In this document: positions 13,621 to 25,949 of the stretch, in pieces | Layout: every line of letters starts with the position of its first letter | How positions within the stretch are numbered: the stretch's first letter is position 1 | Assembly: GCF_000150275.1 (NCBI RefSeq) | Contig: NW_002060944.1 | Span: 747,614-811,613, forward strand | DNA length: 64,000 nt | Source: Trichoplax adhaerens | Taxonomy: Eukaryota > Animalia > Placozoa | Reading direction: 5' to 3' | Notes under the pieces: model-generated | What the model was told of the DNA's origin: nothing | Seen by the model: only the letters and a program-made list of their open reading frames with translations | Database searches by the model: none | Position numbers and translations under genes: made by a program

Positions 13621-14299
13621 TCTGGTACGGTCTGCAAAATAGTGTATTTTATACTGGACGTACCGTACTTTCCATAACTATGAAAATACCATTTTATAGA
13701 CCGGATCAGGCATATTAATTAAATTCAAATGCTTTATTAGTACATACTTTCACTTTCACGGCACTTTTGGAATATCTGGCATCTAATGATAGAATTATTT
13801 AGTAAAATTAGAACTCTGCATGTGAATGCGCCTAAAAAATGCATTTAAAATTCACTGATGATGGCTTATCTAAAAATAAATAATGTTGTGCGATTTCTCC
13901 TAATGTTCCAACTAATTACTGACTACCGCAACATTGTGCATAGATATAAAGCTGTGTGTCTTCATAGCTTAAGCTTTCAGGACCAATGAGAATAGTGAAC
14001 AGTGGTAGCCATAACATTTAAACAAACTTCTTTCAATTGTTCAAATATCCGCATTCAAGAATGAAAACCAATTCGTTTCTTATGTCATGACTGACCTAAT
14101 CAACCCAATTTTAAATTGTATTGGTTAGTTATTAGGCAAAAGAGAATCGACTTGTTTAATTAATAGCCAGTTGAAGAGTTGGATATTAAAGATTTGGTAT
14201 TATTCAATTTGACATCATTAATTCAATTTCATTTCTAGACAAGAAGTTACCATAGCTCATTGATTAACTACTGTAGTCTACCTAAAAATTGAATTCATC

Positions 14300-15240
14300 A
14301 TGTTTAATATAACCCATCAAACTTCTAACAGCAATAACTACCGACTAATTAGAGCTCAATCTATTGTCGTTTATAGCGTTATTTCAGGACTAACTATCTT
14401 GACTAACGTTTCTATGTTGGTATTAATTATATCTGAGCGTAAACTTCACACTATGTCAAACTGGATCATGGCTAGTATGTTCTTTACTGGAATTATCTTT
14501 GGCCTATTTTATTTATTACCTCGATGGGCACTCCACAATCTGTGGGTTTATAAAGATCCAATCGCATGTACCGTTCTACCCCAAACAGGCTTGGCATTAA
14601 TTCTTAACTTTAATTTACATTTAACATTAGTCAGTCTAGATCGATACTTGTGTGTTATGTTCCCTATTAAATATAAAATAAGGAAAACTTATTTAACTGC
14701 CACGTTATCAGTAGTTACCATCTGGTTATTGAGTATTTTAAGTGCTTACTTACCCCTTATTACAATACTAATCCCTACAACTAATCGTTGTCGTACGCTT
14801 ACAGTAACAAACCCTCTCCATCAACCTTACTTAATCAGTATTTTCAGCGTTTTGTTTTTCTTTCCATTGCTTGTCTTACTTGTAACTTATACACAAATCT
14901 TATTCGTTGTTAACAATCATCAACGTAACAAGATTACGTCTCGACGTATTGATATACGAAACTCAGCTATTAAGCGCAATATTCGAGCAATCAAATGTAT
15001 GGCAATTATGATCGGTGTCTTTATCGTATTTTGGATGCCCTATATCGTTATCATTCTAACGTTTTCTTCCTCCTTACATATTTCATATTTAAGAGTAGAA
15101 TTACTACGCCCCTCGCAGTATTAGCTTTTTCCTATCCAGCCATAAATCCTCTCCTATACGCCTATGTTACAGCCAGTTTACGCCGCGAAATTTGGAAAAG
15201 ACTTCGTGCTACAAGGTTTAGCAGTATTACATTTGGTTGA
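14300..15240 (+). pseudogene. Intronless class A (rhodopsin-like) GPCR, copy 1, frameshifted before TM7
   Basis: Almost identical to 19939-20889 but reads CAGTATTAGC instead of CAGTATTTAGC at ~15120. The 1-bp deletion gives a stop at 15124, and TM7/NPLLY continues in another frame to 15240. Could be a sequence error. Confidence 0.8.
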
Positions 15241-16911
15241 CTGCCTAGTAATAATCGCGATAATACTATACATTACATACTGTAACTATCTACTGTTAAC
15301 AGTTTTACTACACAAGTCTAAAAGTAAAAATTATTAGCTTATAATATTAGGGTACTGCTTTCAGTGTCGAACAAGCAAACTGCGTGATTAAATGACTGAT
15401 AATGTTAAAGTTTAAACGTTACGTTTAGTCATTAAAATATGTCTATCGATATATTTATCATGTCTGCTATAATCCAATGACACTAATTGCTTCTTAATAC
15501 TATTTGTTGTAATAATTTTAATAATTTATCTTATTTCTTTCTATTCTCCTACTATTTAGTGTGCCATCTTATTTTATTCTATTCTTTCTAGTGTATCGTT
15601 ACGCTGTAGTTAACGTAAGATCTATGGAACTCTATTATCCAATGTTAGTTTAATATTGAAAGCAAAGATTAAATTTTTCATCGCCTGCAATATGTGATAG
15701 GAAAATATATCTTTGGAAGTTATCGTATAACAGTTACATCCTCATCTCAACATAGTTGATGATAACAGTTAGCCATAAGCTAATATAAACCAGCCACTTT
15801 CAAATTCTTTTCACTAAATTGAATGATTATGATATTATCGAATCTACGATATATGGATAGAATCTGATCTTATTCGAATTGATAATAACTTAAGCCTGTT
15901 ATCTTACTCTATACTTCAACGCAACTTAGCAGACTCGTGTAATACGAATTCAGAGATAGTCTTAGTAATTTATATAATTATCGAACATTGCTCGAGCTCG
16001 ATTGTATTTCTGTTGATCAGGATAAATTCTCTGGTATAGTATTGTATGACGAATCAACGTCAAGATGGTATTTATGATGTATCTACTTTCGAATTTTAAG
16101 TGATTCTGAAGCATGCAAAGAGCTTAATCTTATTAATTTTGATTCTAGTAGATGCTTCCCAGATTTTGTGTGTGTGTGAGTTAGAAACGTTGAAGCTATT
16201 ATTGCTAGTAGCCATTTAGCAAATTTTAAGTGCTTTCGGGCAGACTAAGCGAGCTAGACTTTATTTCTCTTGAATTCTATGAATAACTCTAATGATAGTT
16301 AAAATCCAGCCAACATAAATGTAATAAAAGTATCTCACAAATAACTATCTTAGTCAAATGGTATTTTCTAAAAGGTTTTCATTACAAGGTTTTAAGAACA
16401 GTAAAGCAATAGTTAGTTACCACAAGAATCTAGTCTAAAATCTAAATATATTACGAGCTCAAAGTGAAGTAAGGTCTTTAGTGTGAGCTCATGGATGCAG
16501 TTCTTAAATACATTTCGTTAAATCCATTCATGACAACATAACTGACTATAATCAAATTTAAGTCATCAAACTGAATACTTTTCCTAAAATAGAACATCAT
16601 TATCTTTTACATTCCGAATCATTCTATTTAAGACGTCACTACTGTTCTATTAATGTCTAGCACCTTTCAGAGTCGGGCATCTTCTGAATTACAATGTTTT
16701 TAGTCACATAAATCTAATGCCATAAATAGTCAACTGGCTAATAATGGTCATCAACAATTTCTAATATAGTAGTTAGCCATCATCTAATATTAGCGTCACG
16801 ATAATATCTATTCTAAGGAACCTAAATATATCGAATATAGTTATCAATATAATCAGATATGGGTTATATCACTAAAAAAGGTATCAAGATCTTCAAATAC
16901 TTTAAAATCTA

Positions 16912-16967
16912 CTAGTGCAAACTCCCGTCGCTTTACTGACGGTTTACGATAATGTGCTCATTTAACA
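16912..16967 (-). mobile_element. Helitron-like 3' end, copy 3 (truncated)
   Basis: Same CTAG + hairpin + 'tttacgataatgtgctcatttaaca' as copies 1 and 2. The paralogous empty site at ~21930 reads 'caagtcta|taat' versus 'aaaatcta|ctag' here, i.e. an A|T target. Confidence 0.75.
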
Positions 16968-17148
16968 TTTTTTACGATTATGATGTGATCAACTGATATC
17001 AGGATGATTTTCATCAAATGAATTCAAGTACTTAATTGCACCTAAGGTGTTGCTGGCACCAATCAGAATAGCTTTTAATTATTATTGTACCATAACTGTC
17101 CATAAGCATATTTTAAATATATTATTTTCTACACAATATGTAATTACT

Positions 17149-17709
17149 TGTGATAAAATCCGATCACGAATATTCCAAGTTGTAGAAAATTAGAACTTTA
17201 TTAGGTCTAATACAAAGACTAGCTACACACAGCTCTACTCTAGCCAAATACAACGACTGAAAGACTTTTAGAAAGAACAATCATATAATTTAATGTCTCT
17301 TGCTTTTATACTCTCCGTAGCCTTGGCAGCTACAATCAGCATAGCAGCATTCTACCATAATTTACACGTTGTCAAACTATTATTAGCAACAAAATTTTGC
17401 AGCTGGTCATCATTAATCCAATATGGAAACAACTACAGTATTTCCGTAGATACTATTCTTAGAAGTCAAAGTATGGTAAACTAAGCATATGCTAATATAT
17501 GAATTACAGTTCTACTTTTCCTCTAGTCTTAATTGTAACTCAACACCTTACTATATATAGTCATCTGTACTGTAGCATAAAATCTACCATTCCAGTCTAT
17601 CGTAGCGAGCTATCAAATACGTCTTAAGAAAAATATAGAAAGTTGCGCTTCCGTACATCTTACTGAACATAGCTAAAAGTCTACAATCACAAAACTAAGT
17701 TTCGTTACA
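17149..17709 (-). mobile_element. Solo LTR, copy B (561 bp)
   Basis: TG...CA termini with a perfect TTACT duplication (17144-17148 and 17710-17714). The paralogous unit has a single TTACT ('tgtaattactacac', ~22147-22160). Minus-strand TATAAAAG at 17303-17310 and AATAAA at 17197-17202. Confidence 0.9.
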
Positions 17710-18900
17710 TTACTACACTGTTTTTGTTTTAATTCTCGGTCCAGTCAATCTTATTTTCACGGCTCACTTTCAAACTGTATTTGTATTCGAGGGTAAACCA
17801 CTCAGAATCTTATATTTCATTGATATTCTTTTACTCCTTGTAAAGCGAGATGTAACTAATTATTCTACAAGCCTATTTTACACATTATCTAGGAACAAGC
17901 TTGTAATGATTCACGCTAATTACAATAGTTATGTATTAGGAGAATACAGTGATAGTACAGCATGTATTAAGAATCCATATAATACAAAGTCCAATTCGAC
18001 TCATTATTCAATTGCATCCTATTTCATCAATAATGGTACTCAAGCGTGTAAGTAATTAGTTGATTAAAACATTTAAATTAAAATTAGATAAAAGAGAGTC
18101 CTTCACTTGAAGATGGTTTACTTTCTATAGCGGTGTAGTCTCTAATTGCTGTTGTAGTATAGTCCCTAATTTGTACTTATAGATCAGTTAAAGTAATTTT
18201 CCGAAGAAGCATAGCATCTTACTTATTAATTGCCAGCTAATTTCGAGAAAAAACCGACTAGTTAACTTAAAATCTAAAATTGGCAACAATATAATTAATT
18301 AAACGGAAAAGAAACTGCAAGATACGCGAAAGTCATTCCGTTCGCTTATCCATAATTTACTTTTTCTTATGTTTCAAAGATGATGCATAATGATCCTAGT
18401 GTCGCCAAACTGTATATTTATTAGATGGAATTAGCGTTTTAGCTTTACTTAGACACTTCAAAATTTCTAAGCTTCTATTTTTTCGAATGATAAGAACTCA
18501 ATGTTCATTTAAATTAGTAACATTCCTGTCTTACTTCTTCGTTGTTATAGTGCTACAGTATTTAGGATGTGCTATTATCGAAAGAACCCTTTAAAACTGT
18601 CTTGTTAAGGTGGCCTAACATCAGAGATTATACGAGTAATGTGATACTAGATTAATGACAATTTATAGATCTAAATATAGTTAAATCACAATGTATGCAA
18701 GCAGAAAATTTCTTCTCCTAGAGTCAGTTAGTTTTATTCTTGGTTGGAGAAGCAGTTTACGTAATAAAGTAAACTTTATAAGCTTTCAAATTTTGATTAT
18801 TACAGATTTTGAGACACATTATCACATCATATTGTAACAATCCTAAATATAAACTTGTTTAGAATTTTAAATGGCAAATATTAAGTTCTACTACAGTACC

Positions 18901-18971
18901 GGTGTAACAGTCCAGACTATACCCCTTCCAAACTATACCCTAGACTGGGGTATAGTCTTGACTGTTACACC
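18901..18971. mobile_element. 71-bp foldback / MITE-like element
   Basis: 25-bp inverted arms with 24/25 match (18901-18925 and 18947-18971). Absent from the paralogous position (~23835-23855, 'tacagaaccggcatcttagaa'). Confidence 0.65.
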
Positions 18972-19938
18972 ATTATTAGAAAGAGTATTAACACTCCAAG
19001 ATGATCATAGGCTGTTGCAATAGAGTATGCTTAATTTAACTACTTTTAGATCAAATTTACTACGTTGAAATCTCACAGAAAGTCTATTAAGGTTGCTATA
19101 GAATCTATCTTCACGTTCTCTATGGGAGTATTGTAATTTATAAGACTAGACTGGATTTCTAACAAGAGATCTTGAATGGAACATCTGGCATCCAATTACT
19201 CGTATACAAACATTTCACATTTTATCTTGTACACAAATATTCTATTAATAATTTATAATTCATTTAAATCGGTGTATCATAAAATAAATTAAAATAAATT
19301 AGATATTGTGATTTCTTATAATCTTTTCTTTTAGTTACCGACTAGTGCCCTACACATTGTACATAGGTATAAATCTGCGTGGTTTCATATCTTACGTTAT
19401 AGCGCCAGATAACTAAGACTCACGAATAGTAACAACCACAACATTTAAACAAACTTGTTTAATTGTTAAAATATCCGAATATGTGAATCCAAAAGGTAGG
19501 ATAGCGCTAATAAAGTAAGTACGACTCAAGACCTGATTCTTTTTCTGCATATATTATACGTACGCAATTTATCTTACTCGTATATTATAGTCTTATTTTT
19601 TTCCTACGTATCTCACCCATTTTATTTTTTTATCTCTTGAACTGATATTTGATCTTATTCTTTGCTACGCTTATTAATCATCTCATTCATTGCGGCCATT
19701 TTTTATAACCCTACATATTGTAACCTTTATCTCATGCTATAATCTTGACCCTACTTTGAATTTTTCCTTAGTTATTAGGTAAAAGAGAATCGACTTGTAT
19801 TAATAGCCAATTGAAGAGATGGATATTGGAGACTTAATATTATTCATATTGGTATCATAAATCTAATTTCATATTAGACAAGAAGTTGCCATATCTCATT
19901 GATTAACTACTGTAGTCTACCTAAAAATTGAATTCACC

Positions 19939-20889
19939 ATGTCTAATATAAGTTATATAACCAGTCAAACTTCTAACAGCAATAACTTCCAACTAATTAG
20001 AGCCCAATCTATTGTCGTTTATAGCGTTATTTCAGGACTAACTATCTTGACTAACGTTTCTATGTTGGTATTAATTATATCTGAGCGTAAACTTCACACT
20101 ATGTCAAACTGGATCATGGCTAGTATGTTCTTTACTGGAATTATCTTTGGCCTATTTTATTTATTACCTCGATGGGCACTCCACAATCTGTGGGTTTATA
20201 AAGATCCAATCGCATGTACCGTTCTACCCCAAACAGGCTTGGCATTAATTCTTAACTTTAATTTACATTTAACATTAGTCAGTCTAGATCGATACTTGTG
20301 TGTTATGTTCCCTATTAAATATAAAATAAGGAAAACTTATTTAACTGCCACGTTATCAGTAGTTACCATCTGGTTATTGAGTATTTTAAGTGCTTACTTA
20401 CCCCTTATTACAATACTAATCCCTACAACTAATCGTTGTCGTACGCTTACAGTAACAAACCCTCTCCATCAACCTTACTTAATCAGTATTTTCAGCGTTT
20501 TGTTTTTCTTTCCATTGCTTGTCTTACTTGTAACTTATACACAAATCTTATTCGTTGTTAACAATCATCAACGTAACAAGATTACGTCTCGACGTATTGA
20601 TATACGAAACTCAGCTATTAAGCGCAATATTCGAGCAATCAAATGTATGGCAATTATGATCGGTGTCTTTATCGTATTTTGGATGCCCTATATCGTTATC
20701 ATTCTAATGTTTTCTTCCTCCTTAAATAATTCACTTTTAAGAGTAGAATTACTACGCCCCTCGCAGTATTTAGCTTTTTCCTATCCAGCCATAAATCCTC
20801 TCCTATACGCCTATGTTACAGCCAGTTTACGCCGCGAAATTTGGAAAAGACTTCGCGCTACAAGGTTTAGCAGTATTACATTTGGTTGA
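19939..20889 (+). CDS. Intronless class A orphan GPCR, copy 2 (316 aa)
   Basis: Seven hydrophobic segments, N1.50, C3.25 plus an ECL2 Cys, SLDRY, W4.50, FFFP, FWMPY and NPLLY motifs, and an N-terminal NxS glycosylation sequon. Confidence 0.95.
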   Translation: MSNISYITSQTSNSNNFQLIRAQSIVVYSVISGLTILTNVSMLVLIISERKLHTMSNWIMASMFFTGIIFGLFYLLPRWALHNLWVYKDPIACTVLPQTGLALILNFNLHLTLVSLDRYLCVMFPIKYKIRKTYLTATLSVVTIWLLSILSAYLPLITILIPTTNRCRTLTVTNPLHQPYLISIFSVLFFFPLLVLLVTYTQILFVVNNHQRNKITSRRIDIRNSAIKRNIRAIKCMAIMIGVFIVFWMPYIVIILMFSSSLNNSLLRVELLRPSQYLAFSYPAINPLLYAYVTASLRREIWKRLRATRFSSITFG

Positions 20890-23800
20890 CTGCCTAGTAA
20901 TAATCGCGATAATACTATACATTACATACTGTAACTATCTACTGTTAACAGTTTTACTACACAAGTCTAAAAGTAAAAATTATTAGCTTATAATATTAGG
21001 GTACTGCTTTCAGTGTCGAACAAGCAAACTGCGTGATTAAATGACTGATAATGTTAAAGTTTAAACGTTACGTTTAGTCATTAAAATATGTCTATCGATA
21101 TATTTATCATGTCTGCTATAATCCAATGACACTAATTGCTTCTTAATACTATTTGTTGTTATAATTTTAATAATTTATCTTATTTCTTTCTATTCTCCTA
21201 CTATTTAGTGTGCCATCTTATTTTATTCTATTCTTTCTAGTGTATCGTTACGCTGTAGTTAACGTAAGATCTATGGAACTCTATTATCCAATGTTAGTTT
21301 AATATTGAAAGCAAAGATTAAATTATTCATCGCCTGCAATATGTGATAGGAAAATATATCTTTGGAAGTTATCGTATAACAGTTACATCCTCATCTCAAC
21401 ATAGTTGATGATAACAGTTAGCCATAAGCTAATATAAACCAGCCACTTTCAAATTCTTTTCACTAAATTGAATGATTATGATATTATCGAATCTACGATA
21501 TATGGATAGAATCTGATCTTATTCGAATTGATAATAACTTAAGCCTGTTATCTTACTCTATACTTCAACGCAACTTAGCAGACTCGTGTAATACGAATTC
21601 AGAGATAGTCTTAGTAATTTATATAATTATCGAACATTGCTCGAGCTCGGCTATATTTCTGTTGATCAGGATAAATTCTCTGGTATAGTATTGTATGACG
21701 AATCAACGTCAAGATGGTATTTATGATGTATCTACTTTCGAATTTTAAGTGATTCTGAAGCATGCAAAGAGCTTAATCTTATTAATTTTGATTCCAGTAG
21801 ATAAATTTTAGAGCTTTTAGGCAGACTGAACAAGCTAGATTTCCTTTCTCTTGAATTTCCATAAATAACTTCGATGTTGGTTAGAATTTAGCCTACTAAA
21901 GTATCAAGATTTTCAAACATTTTTCAAGTCTATAATAATTGCTTTGGCATATGTAGAAGATCATTGTTATAGTTATTTTACATATATCTGCATACTGCTC
22001 TGTTATAATGTGATCCACTCACATTAAGATGATTTTCATTAAATGAATTTACCTAGAGTGTTGCTGGCATTAATCAGGATAGCTTTCAATCATTATTGTA
22101 CCGTAAGCATATTTTTAACTTAAACATACTATTACTTTAGACAAAATGTAATTACTACACTACTTTTATTTCTAATTCTCGATCCAGTCACTTTGATCTT
22201 CGCTGTCTCACTTTCAAAAAGGTATTAATTCTATATTAAAGTATAAGCCATCAGAATTTTACATTTCATTGATATCCTTTTACTTCTTTGTAATACGAGA
22301 CATAACTAATTATCCTACGAGCGTAATTTGCACATTATCTAGGAACAAGCCTATAATGATTTCAGCTGATTATAGTAATTATATATTAGGAGAATACAGT
22401 GATAGTGCAGCATGTATTAAGAACCCACATATTACAAAGCCAAAGTCGGCTAATTATTCAATTGCATCCTATTTCATCAATATTGGTACTCATGTGTGTA
22501 AATAATTAGTTGATGGGAATATTTAGATTAAAATAAGATGAAGGAGAGTACTTCACTTGAGGACGATTTACTTTCTATTGTGATGTAGTCTCCGATCTTC
22601 TCTGTAGTTTGGTCCAAAACCCTAATTTGTATTTATAGACCAGTTAAAGTAATTCTTCGAAGAAGCATCACATCTTACTGGTTAATCGCCAGTCAAAGTA
22701 GAGGAAAAACTGACCAGTTAACTTAAAAATCTAAAATTGGTAACATTACAATTAATTAAACGGGAAATAAACTTAAAGGCGCGGATTCTATTCCGTTCAC
22801 TTTTTCTTATGTTTCAAAGATAATGCATAATGATCCCCATGTTGCCAAATTATTTATTAGATGGGATGAGTATTTAACTTTACTTAGACACTTCAAAACT
22901 TCTATTCTACTAACATTGCAGTCTTCTTCTTTATCACGATACTGCAGTATTTAGGAAGTTAATGTGTTATTATCGAGATAGCCATATGTACTAATTAAGC
23001 TTACAAACTTAATTCTGATGTGGATATGACTTCGTAGTTCCAGTTTTGGTAAAAGTTTGCAGGAAGAACTAATTAACCAACCCTCTTTCCTTAAAAATTC
23101 CTGGCTTTTATGCACTCGATGGCGGATTATACTTTATTAGAGTTTCTACAGAATCTATAGTAAGCCCTTCCTAACACTTGGAAGTCCTAATCAAAGACGT
23201 TCTTCCCCATGACCCTAACATAGCTATTGTATGTCATAGGTACTGCACTAATCTTAGCACTTTTGCAATGTTACTTTACAGACTGCATGTACTAGTAATG
23301 TCAATAATCCTAGTGAAACATTTGTATCGAAATCTACCGTAACCGTAGAGATAAATTATAGTTATCATATGTAGTACAGCTCCTAAAATAGCTTAATAGA
23401 TTGTAGGAAATCGCTAGATAATATGTAATAGTGTAAGATTCACACGATATGTGTAAGAATTGAGATTAAATAGAATCTCAAGATCGTATTAAGCGCATAT
23501 CTGTGCTAAATAGTTACATTAAATATTGTAGCACTTATTAAAACTGTTTTGTTAAGGTGGCCTAACATCAGAGATTATACGAGTAATGTGATACTAGATT
23601 AATGACAATTTATAGATCTAAATATAGTTAAATCACAATGTATGCAAGCAGAAAATTTCTTCTCCTAGAGTCAGTTAGTTTTATTCTTGGTTGGAGAAGC
23701 AGTTTACGTAATAAAGTAAACTTTATTAGCTTTCAGATTTTGATTATTACAGATTTTGAGACACATTATCACATCATATTGTAACAATCCTAAATATAAA

Positions 23801-24760
23801 CTTGTTTAGAATTTTAAATGGCAAATATTAAGTTCTACAGAACCGGCATCTTAGAATGAGCTTAAATGTTCCCAAGATAGCCATAGACAATTATGTTGGA
23901 ATATGCGTAATTTAACTACTTTTAGATCAAATTTATTACGTTGATATCTCACAGAAAGTCTATTAAGGTTGCTATAGAAGCTATCTTCACGCTCTCTATA
24001 GAAATATTGTAATTTATAAGACCAGACTGGATTTCTAACAAGAGATCTTGAATGGAACATCTGGCATCCAATTACTCGTATACAAACATTTTTACATTTT
24101 ATCTTGTATACAAAAATAATATTAATAATTCATTTAAATCGGTGTATCATAAAATAAATTAAAATAAAATAGATTTTGTGATTTCTTATAATCTTTCGTT
24201 TAGTTATGGACTAGTGCACTACTTATATAGTACGTAGGTATAAATCTGCGTGGTTTCATAGCTTACGCTATAGCGCAGGACGGCTAAGACTCGTGAAGAG
24301 TAACAGCCACAACACTTAAAACAAACTTCTTTTATTTGTTAAAATATCCGAATATGTGAATCAAAAATGTAGGATATCATTAATAATGAAAGTATTATAC
24401 TTACGCAATTCATTCTATATCATAATCGTATTTTATTCTGCATATCTCATCCATCTTATTACCTCTTGAACTGATATTTGATCTTATTTTTTGCTACGGT
24501 TATTATTCATTTCAGCCATTTTCTGTATCCCTACATGGTGTAATCTTCATCTCAGTTATAATCTTAACCCTACTTTTAATTTTTTTTCCTTAGTTATTAG
24601 GCAAAAGAGAATTGATATGTTTTAATAGCCAATTGAAGAGATGGATATTGAAGACTTAATATTATTCATATTGGTATCATAAATGCAATTTCATTTCTAG
24701 ACAAGAAATTGTCATAGCTCGTTGATTAACTTACCTACCTACCTAAAAATTTAATTCACC

Positions 24761-25711
24761 ATGTCTAATATAACCAATCAAACTGGCAATGGCAGTAACC
24801 TCCTTTCAAATGGAATAGCTCAATCTATTATCGTTTATGGAGTTATTTCAGGATTAACTATCTTGACTAATATTTCTTTATTGGGATTAATTATATCTGA
24901 GCGTAAACTTCATACTACGTCAAACTGGATCATGGCCAGCATGTTTTTTACTGGAATTATCTTTGGACTATTTTATTTGTTACCTCGGTGGACACTCTAC
25001 TATCAGTGGCTTTATAAAGACCCAATCGCATGCACCGTTCTACCCCTAACAGGCATCGGATTAATTATTAACTTAAATTTACATTTAACATTAGTCAGTC
25101 TAGATCGATACTTGTGTGTTATGTTTCCCATTAGATATAAAATAAGGAAAACTTGTTTAATTGTAATGTTATCAGTGGTTGCCGTCTGGTTATTGAGTAT
25201 TTTAAGTGCTTATTTACCCCTTGTTACAATATTAATTCCCCTACCCGATCGTTGTGCTGAATTAACCTCAAGCAACCCACTTCATCAAGCTTACTTAATC
25301 CTTATTTTCAGCGTTTTATTTTTCTTTCCATTGCTTGTCTTAATTGTGACTTATACACAAATCTTGTTCATTGTTAACAATCATCAACGAAATAAAATCA
25401 TGCACCAACGAGGTAGTACACCAATCTCACTCATTAAGCGCAATATTCGAGCAATCAAATGTATGGCAATTATGATTGGTATCTTTATCCTATTTTGGTT
25501 GCCCTATATCGTTAGCCTTTTCATGTTTTTTTTTCCTGGGTTGGTTACGTCTACAGCACAAGAATCTGTACGTAACTTACAGTATTTAGCTTTTTCCTAT
25601 CCAGCCATAAATCCACTCGTTTACGCCTATGTTACTGCCAGTTTACGTCGCGAAATTGGGAACAGGCTTCGTGCTACATCTACATTGCTTGATAATATTA
25701 TATTTAGTTGA
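24761..25711 (+). CDS. Intronless class A orphan GPCR, copy 3 (316 aa, diverged paralog)
   Basis: Same motifs (SLDRY, FWLPY, NPLVY). Differs from copy 2 mainly in the N-terminus, ECL2, ICL3, ECL3 and C-tail. Confidence 0.95.
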   Translation: MSNITNQTGNGSNLLSNGIAQSIIVYGVISGLTILTNISLLGLIISERKLHTTSNWIMASMFFTGIIFGLFYLLPRWTLYYQWLYKDPIACTVLPLTGIGLIINLNLHLTLVSLDRYLCVMFPIRYKIRKTCLIVMLSVVAVWLLSILSAYLPLVTILIPLPDRCAELTSSNPLHQAYLILIFSVLFFFPLLVLIVTYTQILFIVNNHQRNKIMHQRGSTPISLIKRNIRAIKCMAIMIGIFILFWLPYIVSLFMFFFPGLVTSTAQESVRNLQYLAFSYPAINPLVYAYVTASLRREIGNRLRATSTLLDNIIFS

Positions 25712-25949
25712 CTGGCCAGCAATAATCGTGCTAATACTGCACCCAATAAATCTACATAATCCAGCTGTTGATAGTATTACTGCCAAGATTGGAAATAAAT
25801 ATGATTCCAAGGCTATGCGTGTATTGCAGTAGCCATACTTTTATAATTATCAAGGAGACATTCTTTGGCAATCATCGCGACGGTATACCGGTATATTAAT
25901 AATATACGTAATAACAATATGGCCTACTAGTTCCTAATCTTGATTCGTG

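Larger units (their letters stand above)
14300..24760 (+). repeat. Tandem segmental duplication carrying the GPCR (units ~14300-19938 and ~19939-24760)
   Basis: 15240-16152 is near-identical to 20889-21801. 17710-18580 vs 22155-22975 is clearly diverged. 18591-18890 is near-identical to 23539-23838. 19030-19938 is similar to 23905-24760 and to 13770-14300. Confidence 0.9.

Noticed and set aside
14995-15240. Separate 81-aa gene
   Set aside because: It is the shifted frame carrying TM7 and the tail of GPCR copy 1.
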